From positions 40,300,001 through 40,364,000 of the forward strand of contig NC_043010.1 in assembly GCF_006345805.1 (NCBI RefSeq): a stretch of DNA of 64,000 nucleotides. The letters run 5' to 3'. Position 1 is the first letter of the stretch; each line of letters starts with the position of its first letter. The notes under the pieces were generated by a model. That model searched no databases. It was not told the DNA's origin and worked only from the letters and a program-made list of their open reading frames with translations. The stretch is from Octopus sinensis. Its lineage: Eukaryota. The position numbers were made by a program, and so were the translations under genes. Positions 1-13,610 of the stretch are shown here, piece after piece.

Positions 1-756
1 AATGATGAATGTATTTGCTTTTTTTTTCTTGACAGTTACAGAAGGAACGATATTGTCTAGCGATAGTTAATCAATTTTCATCCGAGCCGTTGACAATCTG
101 ACATCTCATTTCCCCGATCACATCCGTTCTACTTTAGATCAAATTATACATCACAGTGTAATTATTTTTGCTTTTGTTTTTTGTTTTTGCTTGCCCCCAA
201 ATTCCCTCGTTAGAGTTATTTTAGACTGTTAGTACCCAGAGGTTGACACTTTCGATAATTTTACTTGATTTCTTAATAGTGGGGTCTGCTCATCCAATTT
301 TATAGCCTTTTAAACAGACGATCGTTTTAGGAAACCCATCATTAAAATTTGACAAATTTATTCAACTAGCAGCTCTTCTCCATTCTGTCTGCTACTCATC
401 ACTTAATTTTTTTTTTAAACTGTCACTGATTGTTTTTATAAAGTTTAATTATACATCCTTAAATGATTTAAAATGAAGTATTCAAATGAGAAATCTCTTA
501 TTTAAATTTGTTTATTTTTCTTTTACGAGTCGTACACCAAAATGGAACCCGTAATAATCGTATTAAAAAAATCAATCGAATTTTCAAATTTGATGTTCTA
601 AATCTGGTACAGATTACTTAAAAGTACAGAATATGAAGATTGGTGCAAAGTGCCTTGCTCTCTCACTTTCTTTCTCTCTCCCTCTCTCACTCCTCCTCTC
701 TCGTAAATGCATACATATATACATACATACATACATATACCTACATACACACAGAT

Positions 757-830
<74 letters not shown>
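757..830. repeat. (GATA)n microsatellite
   Basis: Uninterrupted GATA tandem array read directly; it explains the YLSI-repeat ORFs 598-889. Confidence 0.97.
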
Positions 831-1334
831 TCATATTTTTTAATTAAATAACGATTAAATGTATTTACGTGAGCGTGTATGTATACCATAACTACACAAG
901 AGCACGAATTTTCAACGATCCAGTTAAAGAGGCATTACATGGTCATTTGACCTTGTATAAATTGCTGAAGGATACGTAAGATAATGCAGATTTCCATACA
1001 TGGCATATCATAAATAAAAACCGAATGCTCACAGTTTGTACTTTTCACCATAGGTTTTCTAGGTCTGATCTTACAGTGGGTTGCATTCAAATAACAATCA
1101 ACATAGAAGATAAGAGAACGACTGATAATTTAGCATTAATTACAAGTAATGTTTGCTCTTACTTCTGAGGACTAGTTATTTGTTAGTTGGAATATTATTT
1201 CATTTTATAACACCAATTGTATATACAAACAAGAAGTATTTCCCTAAATAATATGATATAAATATCTAAGACAAGTCAAATTAGTCTAAGAAACATCGTG
1301 TACATGAAATGATACCATAATGTTTCCATAAAAA

Positions 1335-1700
1335 GAACTGCGTGCGCGTGGGCATCAACTCGCAGCCTTCCACCTCCTAGCTATTTCTCACATGCGCTGG
1401 CAGGGACATGTCCTTCGCCTCCCGCTAGATCACCCTACCAAGGTCTTACTCCCATTCGCTACAGCAGCTGCAGGCTGGAAGACGTCTTGTGACAGGTCCC
1501 TCACCACATGCCTGAACGTGATGGGGAAAGATCTCCAGATGATCGACGTCCCTTTAGAGGCTGCAGAGGGGCTGACCCGGGACCACCAGTGATGGAGAGC
1601 ACCGATGGACCTGATGGGCTGTACGACGTATGATAACACCTTTGGGACCGCTAACTTGAATGACCTTAGCCCCATCATGTAAGAGCGTGAAGCCAAACTA
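1335..1700 (+). mobile_element. RTE-clade LINE, 3' fragment of ORF2
   Basis: Translation RWQGHVLRLPLDHPTK...LNVMGKDLQMIDVPLEAAEGLTRDHQ matches the RTE C-terminal RWxGHVLR...WxDxVxxDL pattern. Homologous to 38365-38775. Confidence 0.75.
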
Positions 1701-1956
1701 AGCCAATGTATTACATAGCCAGTTAGCTTGATTCAATATATTTACCTCAATGAATGAAACAGTCGTTAACGATACCTGTATCGCGCTTCCACAGCAGAGA
1801 TCTGTAATTGCTCATTGTACCCATCAACGGCATGGTGGACTGCGCTATGTAACGTATCATACCTATACAACCTAAATTACAATTGTATCACGTAAGCATG
1901 AAAAATAAAATTCCTTTCAGAAATAAATGAGTGATCCAATAGCTCTCTTTATTATT

Positions 1957-2121
1957 GGAGAGGCTGTGTGGTAAGTAGCTTGCTTACCAACTACAAGGTA
2001 CCGGGTTCAGTCGAACTGCGTGGCACCTTGGGTAAGTGTCTTCTACTATAACCTCGGGCCAACCAAAGTCTTGTGAGTGGATTTGGTAGACGGAAACTGA
2101 AAGAAGCCCGTCGTATATATG

Positions 2122-2152
<31 letters not shown>

Positions 2153-2387
2153 TTGTATGTGTGTATGTGTGTATGTGTTTGTGTGTCTGTGTTTGTCCCC
2201 CCAAACATCACTTGACAACGATGCTGGTGTGTTTACGTCCCCGTAACTTAGCTGTTCGGCAAAAGGCACCGATAGAATAATTACTATGCTTACAAAGCAT
2301 AAGTCCTGGGGTCGATTTGCTCGACTAGAAGCGGTGCTCCAGCATGCCACAGTCAAATCACTGAAACAAGTAAAAGAGTAAAAGAGT
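1957..2387 (+). mobile_element. tRNA-derived SINE family A, near full length
   Basis: Head ggctgtgtggtaagtagcttgc, B-box-like gggttcagtc, CORE-like accttggg(c/t)aagtg, internal (TA)/(TG) microsatellite and (GTAAAAGA)n tail. At least 8 similar copies occur in the window. Confidence 0.92.
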
Positions 2388-3537
2388 ATATATTATAAAC
2401 TCCCACGGATGCGATAGATAATAGATTTGCAAAGATAGGGTCCTGTCTTGGAGCAGATTCATAAAATACAATGCTATTTCTAAAATGCTAATAACTATAG
2501 TATCAGTTTCCGATATTTAGTATTTCATGCATGTATTCACTAATAATATAATAATTTCTTGACATTTAACCTCGTCAATGGAATGTATGCTTACAGTATT
2601 AATGTTTATATTTTGATATGCTTCACCTCTCATAGCAATTTCGTGTTCTATTCCTAGACGTGCAACTAATAATGCAAGAACTGATTGAAGCTGCGATGTA
2701 AGCGATATTGATATTCGCAAGAAAAAATACAAAATATTATTACATTTAGTCGAGATATACATGTCCTGTGTTCGAATCCAGTATGATATTATGTGCATAT
2801 TCGAGCAATAACATTCAGTAATAGTGAACAAATATATCAAACGAAACAAATAATGCAGATATAATTTAATTCATATTTCATGAAAAGCAACGACTGTATT
2901 CAAATTTTATATCTTTTGTGAGAGATTTTTCAAATTTTCGTATCAGGTTTTGCAATTAGTTTATAACAATAAATTTCCGAAATCCCTATTCAGCATTTCC
3001 AGACATTTGCAAACTAAAACGAAATATCTGTAAAAAAAAAAATAATAAAATAATAAAAGAAAAAGAAAAGAAACTGGAACATAGCTGTATCTCTATTGCA
3101 AAATGTGTTTCAAATATGTACAAAGTATTTTAACATAGATACCAAAACTATCGTTCACGGGCTTGCAAACTAAACATAACAAATCGTCTGAATCAATAGG
3201 TCTGTTAATATATTGAAAATGTAGAGGAAATATATACGACGAGATCTTTAGTGTTTGAACAATGCAATTTTATTTGTTGATATGAAATGATAATTTATAC
3301 TCGTCTATGTCAGTTTAGTGATAAGAATTAACATGTTTAAGGTCAGATTAAACTAAGTTATCATGTCAGAAATTGTAACATAATATTATGTGAGGGACGC
3401 GAACACTCACAAAAAACTGTTTATAGGAATGGAAACGAAAACGTCCGTCAGTTTGTGCAGGTCGTTCGGCAAACCTGAACGCTCATTCGTTGTTTTCTTA
3501 TCGTTGTAGCTGTTGTTTTTTTATTGTTGCTGTTATT

Positions 3538-3680
3538 AAGGTGGTGAGCTTACAGAATCGTTGAACACTGGAGTTGAAGCAATCGGCTGAGCCCCTCCCC
3601 CAAAATTGCTGGCCTTGTGCCAAAATTTGAATCGTTGTTACTATATTTGTGAAGGCGGCGAGCTGGCAGAATCGTTATTT
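3538..3680 (+). mobile_element. SINE family B fragments (degenerate, two heads)
   Basis: aaggtggtgagcttacagaatcgtt, aaattgctggccttgtgccaaaatttgaa and aaggcggcgagctggcagaatcgtt match the copies at 6546-6811 and 33477-33840. Confidence 0.7.
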
Positions 3681-4075
3681 AAAAACAAATATATAAATAA
3701 TTGTTGAAATATTTCTTTTAACACTAACGTATGGTTGGAATTAATCATACATACATACATACATAGTTGATAGCTGTTTCCACTTTTCGAGAAGAAAAAT
3801 GATGATGCCAGTACGCCAAGCGATGCCTGTACACGTTCCTTTTTTAAAGTAAGGAAAAACCTTCCACACAACCAGTCCCACCGTGTGAACAACGGAGATA
3901 GACGCTCGAAAAAAGGAAAAACTCGTTATCATCATTGGCCATCATCGAGCTGCTGGTCTTTCATCAACATTTTCTTTCTCCTAGAGTGATGCCGTAACAA
4001 TGACCAGGGGTTACACACACACACATATATATGTGTGTGTGTGTGTGTGCGTGTTTGTGTGTGTGTATTCAATGC

Positions 4076-4111
<36 letters not shown>

Positions 4112-5029
4112 ATACATGCATATTCATATGTATTGTTTAACAATTAGATAATTCTCTTTTGTTGATATTCATGTGAGCAAAGAATTAACATTCGGCACTT
4201 ATTGATTGTGGATATAATCTGAAGATCGATAATAAGCAATATTTACTACTACTATATTTTCTAATTATAGATTCTGTGTCACTGAACAATGTCATATTTT
4301 GTACTCTAGAGGTTATATAGCATTACACTATTAAATCATTCAGAGTCTAATATTTGGTTCATATTTCCTGGAACTTAAAAGAATGTAACGTAAATTTTTG
4401 CCTGCTGGGATTTGAACGCGTGATGATTTAGAGATGAATAATACGAATACTAGGTTAGATATTCACTCGATTTAGCAATAAGTTTACTAAATTCCTCTAT
4501 GTAAGTTCTATCTAATATTTCTTTTCTGTGACTATGGATTTCTTTTATTTCTTTCAGCCAGAATTAGGAAAATAGAATACAAAGAATGAAGGTAAATAAT
4601 AAATGCATTTTATTCAGTAGATTCAATGCAGCAACCTGCCAGAAGCAACTTCCTTCTTTACCTAGATTTAGAGAATCATCGAAACATAAGATAGCCGAGG
4701 TCCTCTGAAATACAACAATTTAAAGAAACATTTTGACAGTTTGATTGACCTGTCAAAATTAGCAACAAACTATTATTATTCTTCGCCAAAGAACCTTTGT
4801 TTCTGTTAGCACGAATTTAAAAAGTAATAAAGTCTACCATGTTTGGAAAATTCTTACATATTCTAAATTCAATATATTTTTGTCGAAATAGGATTTGTCA
4901 ATATTTTACTACTGGAAATTTCAACTGCAGAAAACTAATTTTAATTCACTGAGTAAGAGGGTTATTTTTAATACTGGGAGATAACTTTACTTCTTGTAAA
5001 GAGAATAAAATGCAAGGCTTTAATTTTAA

Positions 5030-5230
5030 TACTGCTTTCGAATTTCGAGGGCTGAAAATTTGTCGATATCATCGACCAAGACTGATACTTTATCAACATA
5101 AATCATTCAGAGTGTAATATTTGGTTCATATTTCCAGGAACTTAGAAGAATGAAAATGTGTCTAATGATGAAGGATTAAGTGCAAAAGAAGACCACGGTG
5201 GGATTTGAACTCAGAATATCTTTCTGCCAA
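5030..5230 (-). mobile_element. Degenerate SINE family B copy
   Basis: Contains ggtgggatttgaactcagaat (reverse of attctgagttcaaatccc). A 55-bp segment at 5100-5155 is nearly identical to 4335-4390. Confidence 0.5.
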
Positions 5231-5656
5231 TGAGTATGCTGTCATTTAATTTTAGTGTTACAATGAACATGGTGGGGTTCTGCACCAATTACAAAACAAG
5301 TCTTATAAATAACCGTAAAGAATTAAAAGTACACCTTTTTTCTCTCTATTCCAAGGTTTTATCCGACATCATCGATTTGCGTACAAAGATATTCCTCATC
5401 AAGTGTAAGACATCATTTCTAGTTTATGCTCAGTTATACTTATCATCATCTGAACTATTTCGAACTTGTCACATTCCTTGACTTCCTCCTGTGTATAGTT
5501 GCCTTTTCCTTCTGTGTTATATAAGTGTAAATATATTACAAACCGACTTGATAACTGTTGACAGCTTGTACAAATTCGAAAAAAAGTCTCTAATATTTCG
5601 GGCAGATAGCTATCATCAGAGATTCTGAGTGATTGCCATTCGATTTATTCGATTCG

Positions 5657-5692
5657 TTGATGACGGGCCTCGACCGAAAGCAAAGCTTCTCT
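5657..5692 (+). ncRNA. Decayed minimal hammerhead-ribozyme-like motif
   Basis: tTGATGA-c-GG gcctcga CC-GAAA-GC aaa GC-TT. Core boxes and short stems II and III are present; C3 is mutated and stem I is not evident. Confidence 0.35.
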
Positions 5693-6545
5693 TTCTAATC
5701 GGCAACTAATTTATTTTAATTGCAAATGTTTTCTTTTTTTAATTTAGTATTTACAGTCGCGAATCATAAAGTTATTTTTTTCTCGGATTCTGCTGTTTTC
5801 TTGTTTCGTTCAGTTTCAGTGTTTACTTATATTCTGATACCAAACAATTATGTGAAAGAAAGCAGAAATAAATTACACTAATTGGAAATTAATTGCTTGT
5901 TAGTGTCTACACCTCTATTAAGTGAAACTCTGTTCATTGATTATTTATCCCAAACATAAGTACACACATTGTAATTGTGTTCAAATTAACTCACGCACAG
6001 CCACACATTCACACACACACACATATATACATATATGCCTATGGATATACATACATATACATATGCATATATATATATATATATATATGTATATATGTAC
6101 ATACATATTTATGTGTATATTTATATATACACATATATACATATATATAGACATACATATATGTATTTATATATATGCGATATGTGAGTGCATGTGTATA
6201 CACACACACACGCACAAACTGTAGGCTATCACGTTTCTACTATATGGATTCTGTCTGAGATGTTAATCATTCGATTTAATTGATTTGTGAGTTTTATAAC
6301 CTGATAGTTAATATCAGTTTCTGAACAACGTTTACTCGACTCAAGTTCAAACCTCGTTCAAGGAATCTAACTTCACTTTTACAAAACCCATAGTAAATCA
6401 TGGTAGATAAGAACCCCACAGGAATGAATACCACTAGAATAGCTTAAACGGGAATTCGTTTGTACGAACATTGAGTTGCTTCAACTGATACGGCAACCAA
6501 ATCACTATTAGAGTACGTCATGCGCTCTTAGTATTACGAAGTCCA

Positions 6546-6811
6546 AAGGCGGCGAGCTGGCAGAAACGTTAGCATGCCAGGTGAAATGCTTAGCGGTATT
6601 TCGTCCTTGTTTGTACCCTCTGTGTTTAGCCTCTTGTGGGTAGTACAGAAATAGGTATTTCGTCTGAGTTCAAATTCCGCCGAGATCGACTTTGCCTTTT
6701 ATCCTTTCGGGGACGATACATTAAGTACCAGTTTCGTACTGGGGTCGATCTAATCGACCGGCCCCCTCCTCCATGATTTCAGGCCTTGTGTCTAGAGTAG
6801 AAGAAAATATT
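6546..6811 (+). mobile_element. SINE family B with a Nin/Deu-like central domain
   Basis: Head ggcggcgagctggcagaaacgttagc and ctgagttcaaattccgcc. The central gcctttt-atcctttcgggg-cgata-attaagtaccag resembles the Nin/Deu SINE domain (recalled, not aligned). Confidence 0.8.
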
Positions 6812-6853
6812 AGGAAGTTCAAAGTAAACATTGTAGTCTTACATACACACATG

Positions 6854-6885
<32 letters not shown>

Positions 6886-6897
6886 CATACATACATA

Positions 6898-7069
6898 TAC
6901 GGGGGTGGGGGGTGAAACGTTCCTGGCTTTGCGTAAAAGAAAATACAGGAGGATCAGTTAATTATGATTTTATTCAACATATTCCCCTCTCAAATTCACA
7001 CATTTAAAATAGAGTTTTCGTTTTTTCTAAGACCTGTAAAAGAACTTCGAATGTTGGGCCTGCAACCAG
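6898..7069 (-). mobile_element. Mariner-derived MITE, one end
   Basis: Shares aaagaaaatacaggaggatcagttaattatgattttattcaa with 44175-44392 and, reversed, with 58939-59160. Confidence 0.75.
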
Positions 7070-8100
7070 AAAGAAATAAAATGGTTAAATTATTCTCTCT
7101 GGGTATATAATATGGAGAACCGTTTGACTAGCTTCGTCACAGCCCTTCATCACATTTGTCTCCGACCCAGTTTCTTGTGATTCCTGGCCCACACATACTA
7201 GTAAACATCTACCTATTCTTTTATTTATATCATCCTTATTCCATCTACCACAAAAACACGTTTTGTTTAACATACATTTATTTTTCTTTTACATCGTACA
7301 TTTCAGATGTTCTCCCTATCACCTTCATATTATACGCTTTCCAATATCCCATTATGTGCTCTACTATAAGCTTCTATTCTATTATCTTTTATGTCAATAT
7401 CATATCATTCTATTATAGTTTAATATTGACTTTTCAGCCCAAGGAGCGATACAATAATAAAATTCGTATAATAATTCCTCATATAGAGACACTCCTACTA
7501 ATAGCCCATTTCAGAATATATTCGCAACACATTTATTGCTTGAGGGGCATACAAAAGCAACTTCATATTTCGTCAACTTCATGTAAAACTCTATGATACC
7601 CAATATTCCATGTTATACACTTCTAAACTAGATAACATCCAATGAAGGTTCCGACTGTCAGAATTTATTGCATTTTTCGAAGCCTTATTAAATTAACTAC
7701 ACCAATGAGTGCATTTTTCTTCGATAGGTTGTCTCTTATCTTTGTATCTCATTATTCTTGGTTTAAAAGTACTTTAGTAAAGAATCAGATAATATAGGCT
7801 CGTAATATAATAGTATCTACACTCCTAGAATATTAATCTGTCGTTTATATCGGCACGTCTTTATATCTCAATCTAAAATCTATAATTTCATGCCAACAAC
7901 TACTTCTATTGTTCATTGCGTTGACAAGTAAGTTCATGTACTTACGTTTCCATTTAAGGAAGGAAATGATTGTTGATCGTAAGCTGTGACTGTCTGGGAT
8001 GCAACCACAGGTTGAAGATGCATTTCTATTCGTTCGTGTCTCCCAAATACTACTGAGGTGAATTAGAACGTCGCAAGTTTAATTTCTTTCTTTTCTGACA

Positions 8101-8124
8101 ATACATATACATAATACATACACA

Positions 8125-8173
<49 letters not shown>

Positions 8174-8277
8174 ATATATATTATATATATATATATATAC
8201 ACATATATATATACATATATAGATACATATATATATACACATATATATATATATTATACATATATATACATATATAT

Positions 8278-8354
<77 letters not shown>

Positions 8355-8526
8355 GAGTAGTAAACACATAATGTGAAACAAGGTGGAAAAAAGAGTACTC
8401 AAATACCAGTGGTAGAGTAATAAGCTTTATTTAAAGCACCAGAAAATTCAACAAAACTGTTACTCTGAGTTTCCTGTTGCCGTTCATATATATATCGATA
8501 CACACACACACACACATATGTATATA

Positions 8527-8557
<31 letters not shown>

Positions 8558-8647
8558 TATATATATATATATAACTATATATATATTATTATAGATATAT
8601 ATATATATATAACTATATATATATATATAATATATATAATATATTAT

Positions 8648-8679
<32 letters not shown>

Positions 8680-8773
8680 ATATATTATATATATATATAA
8701 TATATATAATATATTATATATATTATATATATATATATATATATAAAATATATATATATATATAATATATATA

Positions 8774-8826
<53 letters not shown>

Positions 8827-8842
8827 ATTATATATATATATA
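8101..8842. repeat. Compound (CA)n/(TA)n microsatellite tracts
   Basis: Read directly; interrupted by about 135 bp of other sequence at about 8352-8490. Confidence 0.95.
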
Positions 8843-8844
8843 CT

Positions 8845-9015
8845 CTTCCAGGGCTTCCTCGCAGCTGGGAGGCTTCCCAAAAAGTTCAAGGAAGGTAAAA
8901 TCGTATCTGTAAGGGAGATAACAGAGCGGATGCTAAAAATTATAAACCTGTCTCTGTAACTTCTTACATGAACAAAGTCATGGAACCGCGTTACTCGCAG
9001 ATAATGACTCCTCAG
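8845..9015 (+). mobile_element. CR1-like LINE RT fragment
   Basis: Translates with a frameshift to GRLPKKFKEGKIVS..GDNRADAKNYKPVSVTSYMNKVME, the WKxAxIxPIxK..NYRPVSLTS..KVME motif N-terminal to CR1-type RT. It is embedded in (TA)n. Confidence 0.65.
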
Positions 9016-9032
9016 TGACCCCGGCATATATA

Positions 9033-9075
<43 letters not shown>

Positions 9076-9212
9076 ATATATATATATATTGTTTCTGGGG
9101 AGAGTCATTTTCTTTTTGTGCCTTAATATGTAACACACTCAACGGTAAAATTTGCACTTTTTTTTTCTTATTTTTATTGTCCTAAAATTTTCTTTACGTC
9201 TTGCAAACTTTT

Positions 9213-9256
<44 letters not shown>

Positions 9257-9258
<2 letters not shown>

Positions 9259-9413
9259 CGGGCTTCTTTCAGTTTCCGTCTACCAAATACACTCACAAGG
9301 CTTTGGTCGGTTCGAGGCTATTGTAGAAGACGCTCGCCGAAAGCACCACGCAGTGGGTCTGAACCCGGAACTATGTGGTTGGTAAGCAAGCTACCTACCA
9401 CACATCCACTCCT
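9257..9413 (-). mobile_element. SINE family A, 5' half only
   Basis: Reverse complement of the head through gaaagaagcccgtc, ending at a (TA)n tract. Confidence 0.88.
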
Positions 9414-10467
9414 ATATATATATATATATATATATGTGTCTGTGTGTGTGCGTGTGTGCGTGTGTGTGCACGCGCGTGTGTATGTTTGTGTGTGTGCATG
9501 TATGTATATATATATATATATATATCACGACTACCTAATACTCTATTACTCGGTGTATAGGAGTAAGTGCTGTTACTTATTGGGTTGTGGAATATTTAGA
9601 ATTCGGAATAATTTCCGACTTGAATTAGTGTGTCTACATACAATGGCTATGAAAGGATTTTAACTCTGGCCTAGAAGCATTTAAGTAAGTGAAAGCGCTG
9701 TCCTCGACTAAGTTCTTCTGCCAGGGAAGAAATATCTTAGTCACATGAAGGAAAGCTAGTAATGGCAGGAAGATTTTGCTTAAAGAACGTAACTCTCCAT
9801 TAAACGTGGTCAGATTTTTATATTGCCACACGGGATATATTATCGGAAAGCAAGATGGGATGGTCATAGTTGGAACACGCAATTTAGATTACTGGTGGGC
9901 TGGGTCAAAACAATAACATCAATATCATCACCGATATTAATGCAATATTTCTATTCTACAGCTGTGACGAATGGCCATTAAGTGTAAATGTAATGTTAAT
10001 AGTCCCGGACAGCAAGAAGAGTTGCAGTATTGATGTGGTCTGGAGACAAAAGCGAAAACAATTAACAGTTCGTTATGTAGTTCTAAACATCACCACCTAC
10101 AAGTCGGACGAACTGTCCAACTGATCCAGACCAGATTACAAAAATGTTTACGGCTATATAACGTTTAGATAACATTTAGTCTCTGACACTTGCTTCATGA
10201 TGAATATAAAATATATGAAATAAAAATATATTTTGAAATAACAATCTATAATTAAGTGTGCAGCCAGCGTAATTAGGAATATTGATGTAATTATAAAAGA
10301 ATATATGATATAATGATAAAAATATGATGTGATTTGCAAAGTAAAAACAGAAAAGTTCATCGTATTTCGATGTCCATTAAGTCGTGTAACTACGTGTCTA
10401 TATTAAAGAATATAAACAAACTCATACATACACACTACTACACACACATACACACACACACACACAT

Positions 10468-10550
<83 letters not shown>

Positions 10551-11279
10551 TACTTATGTACGTAAGTTTGTATTTTTATGTATGTGTATTCGTATACACA
10601 CACACATATATGTACATATGTGCATATATATATATATATATATATATTCGTGTATATAAATGTATATGTGTGTGTATGTATGTATCTGTACGCATAGACA
10701 CATGTATTTATTAATGTATGTATGTATACATCACTGTCTAATTTGCGGGACGCATATAATGAGTTGAGAGATTTATGGCGTTGTTTTATACGCTACACCA
10801 GTGTTTACAGCCTGTTATTAATTGAATGCGAATTTTTGTTTGTTTATCAATACACATTGTTTGATCTATACAGATAATAATATAATCTTCGTATCATTTG
10901 AAGTGATTGGCAAATATTGTCGTTTGAAACCAGCCGAGTTGATATTGTGTTGGACTATGTTCAAATATGATTTTTATCTAATCAGATTTTTTTGTCAACC
11001 TCACGATTTGATTAACCAGTGCAATGATAAAGAACGTTCCACCAAACGTCCATATCGCCCTTTTTTTTGTTTTCTTGTATATCAATAACTATTTGGCCCT
11101 TTGGTCCGTCCTCTTACTCGAGCAAGGATGACTGTAAAGTTTAAAAGCACTCTTCACAATATCGTAGACTCGAGATCTAAACTACTGCTGAATACATTGA
11201 CCAAGCGTCTTCCACCATAAAGTAGTGTCCGTACAGACCTGTGTGTGAAATTTAGCAAGTTGATACTAAGTGAAACCCA

Positions 11280-11640
11280 GCCTGAAAGACCATTTATGTT
11301 AATGAATGCTGGACTTGAATTGCCGTTCTGTTTAACACAGCAACAAGGGCTATCAGAATTCTAGACAGACAAAGAAACATCTTGTAGAGTGTACAATAGT
11401 GTATGAATCTTGAAGCAACTGAGGAAATGCCGATCGTTCACTGATCAACATACAGTGTGGTGTTAAGCCATAAATTACCTACTGTCACTCTTTATGTATC
11501 CATGAATGCACCACTCTTGGACGAAACCACTACAAAAAGGAAGATAAAATTTTGTGAGAATTTGGTTGAAATTTATTCGGAATCAACTGAGACACCGTTG
11601 TTCTAGTATGCATATTTTAACTACCTTCATACGTCCACTA
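11280..11640 (+). mobile_element. Possible highly decayed LINE APE-endonuclease region
   Basis: Weak resemblance only (..LPTVTLYVSMNAP..KRKIKFCENL.. versus TIIVxYAPT..KxxFYxxL), with many stops. Confidence 0.25.
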
Positions 11641-12029
11641 TACTAAATCTGTTACCAACACAGAAGTACCCAGACAGATTTAGGTCCATAGAAATGTGGT
11701 CGTACTGTAAAAGTCACAGCTGCACAAAGCCAGTCATGTTCCCAAGAGTTAGAAACATGCCATCCAAGGTTAAGTAGCTTGGCGAAGTAACTGCTGCGCA
11801 TAGTATCTGAAAATACTACAAAATCTTCTGGAGAATTTCTTTCGCGCTTGCACAACCCAACGTTGTCTGTTGCTTGCAATAGGTGCCATTGGCGAGGACT
11901 GAAAACACATCCTCTTGCAGTCTGTATTCTTTCTTGAGAATGCACACTATATATATATCGCTCAGAAAATTTATATAGTATATATATATATATATGTGTG
12001 TGTGTGTATGTGTGTGTGTGTGTATGCAT

Positions 12030-12400
12030 ATGGCTGCGTGCTAAGATGTTTACTTCTCAAGAACATGGTTCCAGTTTCATTCCAACTCCATGGCAACTAG
12101 GGCAAGTTTTTTCTAATGTAGCCAAAAAGGAGCCCGTCGTATATGTATACATGTGTGTGTATGTGTGTGTGTGTGTGAGTGTCTCTGTGTGTGTGTGTAT
12201 TTGTCTTTGTGCGGGTACCCCACCACTGTTTGACAAACGGTATTGGTTTATTTACGTCCTTTTAACTTAGCAGTTCGGCAAAATATGCTTATAAAATGAG
12301 TGCCAATAAAAAATAATAAATACTGGGTCGAATTATTTGATCGAGCCCTTCAAAGCGGTGACACAGCATGGTCGTAGTCTAATGACTGAGACTTGTAAAA
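12030..12400 (+). mobile_element. SINE family A, old diverged copy
   Basis: Same module order (ggctgcgtgctaag, gggcaagt, gcccgtcgtatatg, ttgacaaac, taacttagcagttcggcaaaa, gggtcga, aatgactgag) with many substitutions. Confidence 0.75.
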
Positions 12401-13226
12401 TCTTAAAAAATTAAACATTAATGAGTGTGTATAAATATAAACGTGTGTGTGAATGTGCGTGTTTCTATTTATGCATATATATAACAGCTATATACATATA
12501 TTCATAAATGTATATATGTATGTATGTATACATATACATATGTATGTATACAAATACAATACAAACACACACAGATATATATGATTTACAGACATACACG
12601 CACACTTACATACACACACATATGCACGTGCTTGTATGTGCATGTATGTGCACGTGCATCAGATAAGCTTTCTCACAGTTTCCGCTCACCCACTTCAAAG
12701 AAACCTTGAGATGAATATAACTTGATTAACCATATTGTATAAGCTCTTTACAGAAGCTGTCGGAATCAATTCCATCAAGAATATTGCTATACTAATAAGT
12801 TAGCAACTGATCAGCAGACAAATGGATAGAATCTAGAGAGGTTATGTGCAGAAATATTTCCATTTAATGAAGCTCTAATGACTGAAGTTATTCAACACTT
12901 CAGAAATCTTCTGACGGTGTCGATTAATTACTGAAAGTTATTACTGTATTCCCCAATGTAACTGCTGTAATAAATGTATTTAATAAAAGCAACTGTTCCA
13001 ACGATTCTTGTTATTAAAAGGCCAAGAGATATCATGCCAACTGGCCTCATCCTGTTACCTGAAATCGTATTTTCACTTTTCCTACAAACATTTCGAAGGA
13101 AATATTCCAAGAAGACAGTTCTTTCTGTCTGTTTATTTTACAATAAATCAACTTCAGAATATTTCTACAAAAATAGTTTACATGTTACATATTACATATT
13201 ACATAATAGTTTACATATTACATAAT

Positions 13227-13610
13227 AGGCGCAGGATGGGCTGTGTGGTAAGTAGCTTGCTAACCAGCCACATGGTTACGAGTTCAGTCCCACTGCATGG
13301 CATCTTGGGCAAGTGTTTTCTGCTATAGCCCCGGGCCGACCAATGCCTTGTGAATGGATTTGGTAGACGGAAACTGAAAGAAGCCTGTCGTATATATGTA
13401 TATTTATATATGTGTGTATGTGTTTGTCTCCCTAGCATTGCTTGACGACCGATGCTGGTGTGTTTACGTCCCCGTCACTTAGCGGTTCGGCAAAAGAGAC
13501 CGATAGAATAAGTACTGGGATTACAAAGAATAAGTCCCGGGGTCGATTTGCTCGACTAAAGGCGGTGCTCCAGCATGGCCGCAGTCAAATGACTGAAACA
13601 AGTAAAAGAA
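13227..13610 (+). mobile_element. SINE family A, full length
   Basis: Runs from aggcgcagga head to gactgaaacaagtaaaag tail. Confidence 0.93.

Noticed and set aside
4558-4592. Apparent micro-exon (ttctttcag ... gaag|gtaaat)
   Set aside because: Stop codons in all three frames.
7156-7596. 146-aa ORF
   Set aside because: AT-rich and I/F/Y-biased, with no recognisable motif or splice context; consistent with chance.
12928-13110. Minus ORF with a hydrophobic stretch (PVGMISLGLLITRIVGTVAFIKY)
   Set aside because: The putative acceptor is purine-rich and no family is recognisable.
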